From positions 1 through 62,771 of the forward strand of contig CAIQUX010000247.1 in assembly GCA_903875055.1 (NCBI GenBank): DNA of 62,771 nt, in the 5' to 3' direction. The notes beneath the pieces were generated by a model. The model was given only the letters and a program-made list of their open reading frames with translations. It was not told the DNA's origin and ran no database searches. This DNA is from an uncultured Bacteroidota bacterium (GTDB lineage: Bacteria; Bacteroidota; Bacteroidia; Chitinophagales; Chitinophagaceae). The position numbers and the translations under genes are program-made. This document shows, piece by piece, positions 10,253-18,463 of the stretch (within the stretch, counting starts at the first letter, position 1; each line of letters starts with the position of its first letter).

Positions 10253-11806
10253 TTAATGAACTGCATCAACATTTACTTTTTCTATGCCACTCAGCTTTAC
10301 TTCAATATGTCGGTCATGAGCCTTCGTATGGAATTCACTGATGATTTCAAGGATATCATAATCTATGAAATTAGATTCGTTTCCATCAATGTGTAACACA
10401 CTGTATTCGGGAATCTCGTCCAACGCTTTCCTTAATTTTACTTTGTTAAGAAAGGTTACATTACTATTGAGTTTGATGGAATGTGTTTCAATATCATGGT
10501 GCACTTTTTTGGTGATTTTATATTCAGCCTTGAAATTATTCTGAACGATAAAGTAAATCGAAACCAGGAGCCCTATGCTCACACCAATCAGAAGATCTGT
10601 TGAAAGAATGACCATGATGGTAATCAGGAAGGGTAAAAATTGTTTCCAGCCAAGGCTCCACATATTCTTGTAAAGTTTCGGTTTGGTCAAATTCAAACCC
10701 GTTACAAATAGGATTACAGCAAGCGAGGCATAGGGGATCTTGTTTAATAATGTCGGAATGAGGAGTACGGCAAGCAATAAAAAAAGCCCATGAGTGAAGG
10801 CAGATAATTTACTTCGACCGCCGGCGTCAACATTGGCAGACCCTCTTACAACGACTGCCGTTATTGGAATGGCACCCAACATGCCACAACATAGGTTTCC
10901 TACCCCTTGGGCTATCAGTTCGCGATTAACTGGCGTAATTCGGTTGTGTTTATCCAACTTATCGACGGCCTCCACACATAGTAATGTTTCAAGCGTTGCT
11001 AAGAGCCCAACAAGTATACCTTTCTCCCATATAGAAGTAGAAGAAAATAACTTCGTAAAATCCGGGAATGAGATACTCGCAAACATATTTTGAGGGATGT
11101 TGACGAGTTGGGAAGAAGTTAAGGCGTGATTTGGAAAAGCTGACGTGAATATGAAGTTGATGGCAATACCCAGAATGACAACCAATAATGGAGCTGGTAT
11201 CATTTTGATTCGCTTAACCCATTCTTTGTCGCTCTGAAGTATCATGATAATTAATGAGAATAAGGTAATCCAAATCGCTGTAGCGGAAACATGTTCGTGA
11301 AGTGAAGAAAGATTCCCAAGTATATTTTTAGATGAGAAGAGATGAAGGAACCCACTTGTCCAAAAATCAGGCTGGTCATAACCCAATAGAAGTGGAATTT
11401 GTTTTGAAATAAGAATAATTCCGATGGCAGCCAACATTCCCTTGATCACAGAAGATGGGAAATAATTGGCGATGGCTCCAAGTTTAAGAAGACCGAGTAT
11501 CAATTGGAAAAAACCGGCAATCATGACTACAAGAAGAAATATTTTATAGTCTCCTAATGAAATGATGGAAGAGGAAACAAGAGTGGTCAATCCTGCAGCA
11601 GGACCCGACACAGATAAGGATGATCCGCTAATCAATGAAACAACCACCCCTCCAATAATACCTGAAAGTAATCCCGCATATAACGGTGCCCCCGAAGCCA
11701 ATGCGATACCTAAACAAAGCGGTAAGGCAACTAAGGCGACCGAAAGCCCAGCGGGTAAATCATGCTTTAACCATATAAGCCTGTAGTATTTTATTTTTCG
11801 TTTCAC
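10253..11806 (-). CDS. SulP/SLC26 family inorganic anion (bicarbonate/sulfate) transporter
   Basis: DLPAGLSVALVALPLCLGIALASG, SGPAAG, NRELIAQGVGN; C-terminal STAS-like domain. Confidence 0.92.
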   Translation of the reverse strand: MKRKIKYYRLIWLKHDLPAGLSVALVALPLCLGIALASGAPLYAGLLSGIIGGVVVSLISGSSLSVSGPAAGLTTLVSSSIISLGDYKIFLLVVMIAGFFQLILGLLKLGAIANYFPSSVIKGMLAAIGIILISKQIPLLLGYDQPDFWTSGFLHLFSSKNILGNLSSLHEHVSATAIWITLFSLIIMILQSDKEWVKRIKMIPAPLLVVILGIAINFIFTSAFPNHALTSSQLVNIPQNMFASISFPDFTKLFSSTSIWEKGILVGLLATLETLLCVEAVDKLDKHNRITPVNRELIAQGVGNLCCGMLGAIPITAVVVRGSANVDAGGRSKLSAFTHGLFLLLAVLLIPTLLNKIPYASLAVILFVTGLNLTKPKLYKNMWSLGWKQFLPFLITIMVILSTDLLIGVSIGLLVSIYFIVQNNFKAEYKITKKVHHDIETHSIKLNSNVTFLNKVKLRKALDEIPEYSVLHIDGNESNFIDYDILEIISEFHTKAHDRHIEVKLSGIEKVNVDAVH

Positions 11807-11941
11807 AATTCGTCATATTACTGACGATAAAGATACCTTTTTTTTTCGAGCATCGCTGGAAATGCCCGTCAGGACTATGTTGGAAGAAATATTTGCAGGT
11901 CTAAAGTTATTTTCTAAGCAATAAATTTTATATCCTTGCAT

Positions 11942-12181
11942 ATGGAAAATGCTGATTACTCAATGAATCCTGAATTACTTCGACAAATCGTTGTGATGAA
12001 AATGCCATTTGGTAAATATAAGGATACTCTACTCGCTGATCTTCCGGTTTCATATCTAGAATATTTTGTCCGAAGGGGAGGCTTCCCTAAAGGAACCCTT
12101 GGAACGTTACTTGCGACCGTATATGAAATCAAACTGAATGGATTGGAGAAGATACTTTGGCAGTTGAAAAAAATGAGATAG
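11942..12181 (+). CDS. DUF3820 family small protein
   Basis: KMPFGKYK...DLP..YL....GFPKG.LG.LL...YEIKLNGLE. Confidence 0.85.
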   Translation: MENADYSMNPELLRQIVVMKMPFGKYKDTLLADLPVSYLEYFVRRGGFPKGTLGTLLATVYEIKLNGLEKILWQLKKMR

Positions 12182-12319
12182 TAAATCCAGACTTCACCAT
12201 TCATCAGGTTCTTTTCATTTTCTTTATGGCGGTTAAAATATTTTTTACATATTTTTTTTAAACGTATGATATTTCACATTCTTTTCGTAATATTACGGAT
12301 AGTTTAATATATCCTGATT

Positions 12320-13177
12320 ATGTTAAGAAAATTACTGTTTTTATTATTATTTATGCCGATGGCTATCTCCGCCCAAAAGCACCATGAAATGGGTGTTTTT
12401 GGTGGTACTTCAAGCTATTATGGCGATCTTCAGGAGAAGTGGTTTCCCAAACAAGGGTACAGGGCTTGTGGCGGTTTAATGTACAAGCATTACATACATC
12501 CGATGGTAGGTTTCAGGTTCGGTGCCAGTTACGCCAGCCTTTACGGTGCAGACAGTCTTTCTCAATCACCAGCGGTTAAACGTAGAAACCTAAATTTTGA
12601 AACAAACTTATTTGAAGCACATGCAGCGTTGGAATTGAACTTTATTCCAGTTGATTTTGATGAATTCAAATTCTCCCCATATTTATTTGCAGGCTTGTGT
12701 GCCTTTTATTATAACCCTTATACTATCGGTGCCAATGACGAGAAAATCTATTTGCGTCCATTGAGTACTGAAGGGCAGGGATTGCGTCAGTACACAGACA
12801 GGAAGGTGTATAGCCTTGTGAATGTTGGTGTTCCTCTAGGCGGAGGATTCAAAGTGTTTATTGGTAAAACAGTGATGTTAAGCGGTGAAATCGGTTTCAG
12901 ATATACTGCTACCGACTATTTGGATGATGTCAGTAAAACGTATGTAAATCTCGATACGCTACAGCGCTATAAAGGTAAACAAAGCGTCGATTTGTCTTTC
13001 AGATCGAATGAATTACCTAACTGGGATGGCAATTATCCGAACGACAAATTCGTTCGTGGTGATAATAATAAAAAGGACTGGTATTGGTTTGCAGGTATCA
13101 ATGTCGCCATCTATTTTGAAGCATTCGGTAACCTGATGCCATACAAAAAAACAAGATGCCCTAAGAAGTTTAATTAA
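12320..13177 (+). CDS. DUF6089 / PorG-like outer-membrane beta-barrel protein
   Basis: Signal peptide, GG.SYYGDL, RRNLNF, LRPLSTEGQG, TDYLDDVS, DWYWF. Confidence 0.75.
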   Translation: MLRKLLFLLLFMPMAISAQKHHEMGVFGGTSSYYGDLQEKWFPKQGYRACGGLMYKHYIHPMVGFRFGASYASLYGADSLSQSPAVKRRNLNFETNLFEAHAALELNFIPVDFDEFKFSPYLFAGLCAFYYNPYTIGANDEKIYLRPLSTEGQGLRQYTDRKVYSLVNVGVPLGGGFKVFIGKTVMLSGEIGFRYTATDYLDDVSKTYVNLDTLQRYKGKQSVDLSFRSNELPNWDGNYPNDKFVRGDNNKKDWYWFAGINVAIYFEAFGNLMPYKKTRCPKKFN

Positions 13178-13256
13178 TTCACTCCGTTTATTTTTTAAGT
13201 GATTACTTCTAGTAATGAAGCATTTGCTAAAACAAGCAAATAAATTGGCAGTTGAC

Positions 13257-15278
13257 TTAGAACTTTTCCCTTGGCTTCTCTTTCTTAAAAGATTCATCGT
13301 CGTCATCGCCTACACCAAAAATAGACATACTCAATTTATGTCCGGCTTCTTCGACCTGGTTCGTGTACCTAAATGTCTGTGGTCCGATAATTGTTTTGCC
13401 ATTCAGACTCACCATGCATTCAATCAATGGTGTACCCAAGGTTGACTTAAAGAGAATGTGTACTTCCGGAATATCTGTTCCCCCTAGATTTGCCCAATTG
13501 ATATTTGTTTTCAAAAGATTATTTATAATCAAACGCTGTGTTGAATTCTGATCATTACTTTGAAGATGCATTGCCATTTTTAAGCCAGAGAAAGGGATTA
13601 GTTGCGGGTAAATCGAATAAAGTTTGGCGATATACCCATTGTCAGTTTGTATTCCGAGTTTCTGTTCGCACACACATAATCCTTCATAGACCCGTGCGAT
13701 GAATAGTTTTTCATATTCAGCGTCAATTGCCGACTCCTTCAGTATGCTTTCGAAATAGGTGGCCGCGTCCTTATAATAACCTTTTTTTATCAGCAGTTTA
13801 CCTACAAAGAGTTTATAATAACGTTTAACTTCAGATCGTGTATCATGTTGGATTTCATTTTTAAACCGTTCTAAAAAATAATTCATACTGAAGCCATCTA
13901 TCAGCTGCCAGATTTCATCAAAAGAAACCGTACTTTCCGTCGAGAATAGCTTGTATATCACCCGGTCACGTTCAGGGTTTTGTGCAAACTGATTGATGAT
14001 CAGGAATTGTAATCCATATTTTTCAACAGTCAGTTTGGCCAGTTTGCTGATATCATCGGGTGAATACCACCAATCTTTATTCAGGAATTTAACCTCCTCA
14101 ATCTCTCGCATCTTGATAATGAGATTCAATAAGGAACTTGTAAAATCATAATGACTCTGCCCCAATGTAGTTCCGATATGAATTTCTTTGAATTGCCCGG
14201 CCCGAATTGCATGTCGTTTGGCAATTTCTGTTTGGCCATCGTAAATAAGTTCTCTTGCCAGAGCAAGATTATACCATCCAAATCCAGGTGTGGAGCCGTT
14301 AGCTTTGATCAGAGACTTAAGTTCTGCTATTCCCGTTTTATTCTCATTCTTATATTGATTAATGATGGAGAGATAATAGCTTGATTCATTGAGACGCTTG
14401 TCGCTGGTATTTTCATTTTTTGATATATTGTAAAATTTCTCCGCCTGTCTGAACCCGGCCTGTATAGAGCAGAAAGTAGCAAAATTATTAGATGGGAAAA
14501 ATCGGGTAGACCTCAATTTTTCATAATAATATGCCCCAGATTGAATTTTCAGTTGATAAGTATACAGTATGGATTTGTAATGCCACACACTCGGCATTTT
14601 TTCAGTTTCATATCTGTTTCCGAAAAATGTTTTGTTCAGTTCAGCATCCCGTTTGATTTTCAATGCCGCACTATCTGTTAACTCGTTAGCGTATCGTTCA
14701 TTCGCATCAATGGAATTTTTTAGGAACGGATATTTTGCATTGGTATAGAATCGGTTTCTATGAACGGTCCAGGCGAGATAATTATATGTATCTTCATATA
14801 TTTCATCCTGAAGGTCTGTTGCTTTACATTTTTGCAAAAGTTTCCAAACTGAGGCCGGCTCGTCCATATTGCTATAACACTGTATAAGAATAAATGACAT
14901 GTAGTCCCAATCACGATGAAATTTAAGGATGCGTACATAAGTCATTACATCATTCGTACGTGTTTTAAGTTCGGTTTTAAAATCCTTCTCCATCAAGGTC
15001 ATCGCTTTCTGTAATTGTGTGGCTGCAGTTTTGTAACCAAGATAATCAGCAGCATGATCAAACTTATAAGTGCCTTCAAGCATCCAACCCACGTAATAGG
15101 TACTGTCAATTCGTTTGAATTCACGGCCTCTTGGTAATGCATCCTTGCTGGTATAGGAGATGCCTATTCTTTTCGCATCGATTTCATAACGTAATGCCTG
15201 TTTAGTTTGAGAAGAAGAGAAAAAGGGGAAGAACAGTAAGCTGGAAAGAACAAATGACAGGATTTTATACCGCAACAT
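13257..15278 (-). CDS. Exported hypothetical protein, predicted alpha-helical/TPR-like
   Basis: Long ORF; likely start MLRYKILSF with a signal peptide; Tyr/Ala/Leu helical-repeat pattern (GKLLIKKGYYKDAATYFESIL). Confidence 0.7.
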   Translation of the reverse strand: MLRYKILSFVLSSLLFFPFFSSSQTKQALRYEIDAKRIGISYTSKDALPRGREFKRIDSTYYVGWMLEGTYKFDHAADYLGYKTAATQLQKAMTLMEKDFKTELKTRTNDVMTYVRILKFHRDWDYMSFILIQCYSNMDEPASVWKLLQKCKATDLQDEIYEDTYNYLAWTVHRNRFYTNAKYPFLKNSIDANERYANELTDSAALKIKRDAELNKTFFGNRYETEKMPSVWHYKSILYTYQLKIQSGAYYYEKLRSTRFFPSNNFATFCSIQAGFRQAEKFYNISKNENTSDKRLNESSYYLSIINQYKNENKTGIAELKSLIKANGSTPGFGWYNLALARELIYDGQTEIAKRHAIRAGQFKEIHIGTTLGQSHYDFTSSLLNLIIKMREIEEVKFLNKDWWYSPDDISKLAKLTVEKYGLQFLIINQFAQNPERDRVIYKLFSTESTVSFDEIWQLIDGFSMNYFLERFKNEIQHDTRSEVKRYYKLFVGKLLIKKGYYKDAATYFESILKESAIDAEYEKLFIARVYEGLCVCEQKLGIQTDNGYIAKLYSIYPQLIPFSGLKMAMHLQSNDQNSTQRLIINNLLKTNINWANLGGTDIPEVHILFKSTLGTPLIECMVSLNGKTIIGPQTFRYTNQVEEAGHKLSMSIFGVGDDDDESFKKEKPREKF

Positions 15279-15496
15279 TGAGAAACGGAAAAATGAAAAT
15301 ACGAAATTTTGGTTATCTGTACTTATATGAATCACGGGTTATGATCAGCTTTGCCGATGAAACAAATATAGTGCTCTTTTCAAAAGCGGATGATGGTAAT
15401 TTAGTCTGAATCGTTAAGGTTGTTATAATGCATCCATCAAGGGTGCTAATGAGCGTTGGTTGCATGGTATTGTTTACGGCCAATTCATTATTCAGA

Positions 15497-16117
15497 TTAA
15501 TCTGTTTTCAACCATCCTGTGATACTCAATCGTGGTTGATGTGTAACGAGTACTTCATGTTCAATTTCGTTGCTCTTGAAAAAAACACATTTCCCATGAA
15601 GTGGCGATATAGTTTGCAAATGGTCCTTATGATGTATGCAAAGTTCACCTCCGTCACCTTCTTTCCATGCTGCATTAAGATACATGATCATCGTATAAGC
15701 GCGGCTTTCATCATTTCTAAATTGATCCAGATGCTTCTTGTAAAAACTCCCTGTTTCGTATAGGGCGTAATGGAATTCGTAACCTGTAATACCCGTGTAA
15801 CAAGTTCTGTTCAGATGAAGAACAAATTCGTCTATCACATCAAGAAATGAATTCTCGAAAAAGTCATCGTGTGCACGATCAAGCCAGTAAATTTTATCAC
15901 TCCTGACAAATTTATTATGGTTCACAAGAAGCTGATTGCCGATGCCTGCCAAGAGAAGCTTTTTAGCTGAATAAAGTTCAGTTAAATTGGCTTTAAGGTC
16001 AGACGCGAGCTTGTGGGTAAGGAAATTTTTATCTATGCCTATCTTGTTTTCAACAAAACTGCCAATAAGATTTTCGAAGTGTGTGAGCAAAGTTTTGACA
16101 TTGAAATCTGCAGACAA
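15497..16117 (-). CDS. 2OG-Fe(II) oxygenase (prolyl-4-hydroxylase/EGLN-like)
   Basis: YKKHLD (HxD), YLN..W...DGGEL, HEV, RLSITGW; start uncertain. Confidence 0.88.
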   Translation of the reverse strand: MSADFNVKTLLTHFENLIGSFVENKIGIDKNFLTHKLASDLKANLTELYSAKKLLLAGIGNQLLVNHNKFVRSDKIYWLDRAHDDFFENSFLDVIDEFVLHLNRTCYTGITGYEFHYALYETGSFYKKHLDQFRNDESRAYTMIMYLNAAWKEGDGGELCIHHKDHLQTISPLHGKCVFFKSNEIEHEVLVTHQPRLSITGWLKTD

Positions 16118-16455
16118 CTCACCCGCAGTGTTCCAAGGTAGTTCTATCTGAATATATTCGCTGATTTATTTTTTTAGATTACCCGACACGACCTTTAAAA
16201 GGTTGTTATGCCGATTGATATTTTGTAATAGTGCAAATATTTCTTTGCCTCATTTGTTGTAAACAAAATAACAATCAGTATTTTCTACTGAATAGATTTA
16301 AATGAGTTCGGTTTACGTTGAAGAATAATGGCATCGCTACATTAGGATATAAGAATAGAGTTTGACTTGGAGACAATTTATTCTTATGTATATTGAAATC
16401 ATATTTGACTCCAAATCGTATCTAATAGACTCGTTGGGAATCAACTAACCCAGTT

Positions 16456-17181
16456 TTAGAAAATGATCCTATCTGTCACCTCTTTTTTTCGATTGGCCGA
16501 AATAGGAATCTTTGTCCCATCCTTCAATTCGAGTATCCCATATTTTTTATTTCTGAGATATTTGCTGACAAAATTGATATTTACAATATGGGAATTATGT
16601 GCGCGGACAAATTGGTGCCGGGGTAACAAATCTTCAAAGGAGCCCAAATGCTTTGATGTGGTCAATTCCCTGTCGCCGATTAGGATTATCTGGGTGTAAT
16701 TTCCTTTAGCTTCCAATCGTATGATTTCCTCCATGCGGGTGATATTCAAATGTTCTTTCTCGGGCAGAGCAATATATTGAGTGATACCTTGATGCATGGA
16801 GTATGCTTTCAATTGATTGATCTTGTCGATTTGCTTCTGGGCCTTGTTGACTGCTTCGATCAGATCAGGAATCAATATCGGTTTAAGGATATAATCGGTG
16901 AGCTGATACTTGTGCATTTCAAGAGCATATTTATCGAACGCACTGACAATTATGACCTGCATGTCATCAATATCCAGATGATTCAATAAGTCTTTTACAG
17001 TTAAGTCATGTAATTCAATATCCACAAACAGGACATCGGGTAGGGTATTCATGATAACTTCAAATGCCTGTTCCACGCTGCCTGCAGTGCCTACCACTTC
17101 TACGCTGGGACAGTATTTTTTTAATAGGTTCTGTAACAATTCGACGTTTAATTCGTCATCATCGACCAATACGGCTTTCAT
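16456..17181 (-). CDS. LytTR family DNA-binding response regulator (no adjacent kinase)
   Basis: Receiver domain (LVDDD, FVDIE, YILKP) plus LytTR domain (EAKGNYT, FVRAHNSHIVN). Confidence 0.92.
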   Translation of the reverse strand: MKAVLVDDDELNVELLQNLLKKYCPSVEVVGTAGSVEQAFEVIMNTLPDVLFVDIELHDLTVKDLLNHLDIDDMQVIIVSAFDKYALEMHKYQLTDYILKPILIPDLIEAVNKAQKQIDKINQLKAYSMHQGITQYIALPEKEHLNITRMEEIIRLEAKGNYTQIILIGDRELTTSKHLGSFEDLLPRHQFVRAHNSHIVNINFVSKYLRNKKYGILELKDGTKIPISANRKKEVTDRIIF

Positions 17182-17395
17182 AGGTTGTTTTATTTTTTAG
17201 GTTAAGAAATCAAATAATAAAGCATTTAAAACGGTGAAGGGTGATGTGATTTGGAAGAGTGAGTATTTTTCGCAAGGTTGCGGTAATCCGGAAGTTGCGC
17301 TTTCGCACTTCGTAAAATAGAGGGATATTTTCGAACCGGTATATCACGTGAACGTTTTTGATATTAATTGCAATATACAATTTTCATTTAAATTT

Positions 17396-17433
17396 ATAAA
17401 AATTTGGTAATCTATATTTCATTATTTGGTAAC
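17396..17433 (+). promoter_or_regulatory. Direct-repeat array (TTTGGTAA twice, 22 bp apart), candidate transcription-factor site
   Basis: ATAAA 17396, GTAAT 17407, (TTCAT 17418), GTAAC 17429: 11-bp register. Confidence 0.4.
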
Positions 17434-17462
17434 AGTCACTTGGTTATTTTGCTGAAATTCAA

Positions 17463-18332
17463 GTGCTCATGTTATATGTACATTCTTTTTCTCCGATTGA
17501 ACAAGCTCTTTTCTCAACATTAGCAGAAACAGAAGAATTGATTCAAATGAACGGGCTGAAGATCACTGAAAGTTCTATCCTGGCGTCTGAGCATCCATCA
17601 GGTTCACATAAAACCTTACTATACTCGTTTCAGCATCTTGCACATTACCGCCACCTTGATTCTTTCAGGGAAGAATGTCAGGCAGTCGATATCCTGATTA
17701 ATCATATCCTCGAACAAGAATTTACTAAAATTATATTGATTACCTATCCGGGAGCCTACTTCAATGCAACCAATTTGTTCTTGCAGCATAAAGGTCTTTT
17801 GGAGCAGAAATTCGTCAATACCAGAATACCATGTACTATGCTCAGTGTACAGGCCATTCATGAACCGTATTTAAAGATCAATAATCTTCATTCATTGTTC
17901 TACGATGAGACTGCCGGGCATTATGTGATACCTCAGAAATCATCCTGTATCACCTATAGCATAAAACTCGATAATCTTAGCCGTATCATAATCAAATCCT
18001 TATACGGTGAGTATGTTGGTAAATATGACGCGTTCGATACTGTATTCGATTTGAAAACTTTTTTACAGTCCTATTCATCCGTCGATCAAGTGCGACGAAT
18101 GGCTCCCTTGTATCTTTATTTCAAAAGTTTTTTCGGACTTTATACCTCCCCGACCATGATGGAACTTTTTCTGATGACCATAGTACCGATGTATAAATTC
18201 AGGACAGAAAAGGAATTTGGAATCTCATTGGAACAAGAAAATAGCGGTATTTTCTTTTCATTTAACCGAAGTTTTGTGAATTTTTCAGAACCCTACAATG
18301 CTATCCTGAAGTCGTTGATTCCTGTCGAGTAA
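17463..18332 (+). CDS. Hypothetical protein, possibly a degenerate NAD(P)-binding/extended-SDR fold
   Basis: 289-aa ORF; IILITYPGA...NLFLQHKGLLEQKF...IPCTML resembles the core of atypical SDRs, but there is no GxxGxxG. Confidence 0.5.
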   Translation: MLMLYVHSFSPIEQALFSTLAETEELIQMNGLKITESSILASEHPSGSHKTLLYSFQHLAHYRHLDSFREECQAVDILINHILEQEFTKIILITYPGAYFNATNLFLQHKGLLEQKFVNTRIPCTMLSVQAIHEPYLKINNLHSLFYDETAGHYVIPQKSSCITYSIKLDNLSRIIIKSLYGEYVGKYDAFDTVFDLKTFLQSYSSVDQVRRMAPLYLYFKSFFGLYTSPTMMELFLMTIVPMYKFRTEKEFGISLEQENSGIFFSFNRSFVNFSEPYNAILKSLIPVE

Positions 18333-18366
18333 CATTTTGATAATACTCCGGTAACTTAAACGTAAT
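18329..18366 (+). promoter_or_regulatory. Pho-box-like array of four direct repeats with an 11-bp period
   Basis: GTAAC 18329, ATAAT 18340, GTAAC 18351, GTAAT 18362; a -7-like GTCCTTTGC follows near 18400. Confidence 0.6.
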
Positions 18367-18463
18367 GGTGTTTTTGTCTTATTCATTTTCATTTATAGGT
18401 CCTTTGCAGTAAAATAAATGAGCAATAAATAACTCACGAATTAATTGAATTTATTATAAAATT

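Noticed and set aside
10253..11806. SulP as part of a carbonic anhydrase/bicarbonate module
   Set aside because: No carbonic anhydrase gene is adjacent, so the substrate cannot be inferred from context
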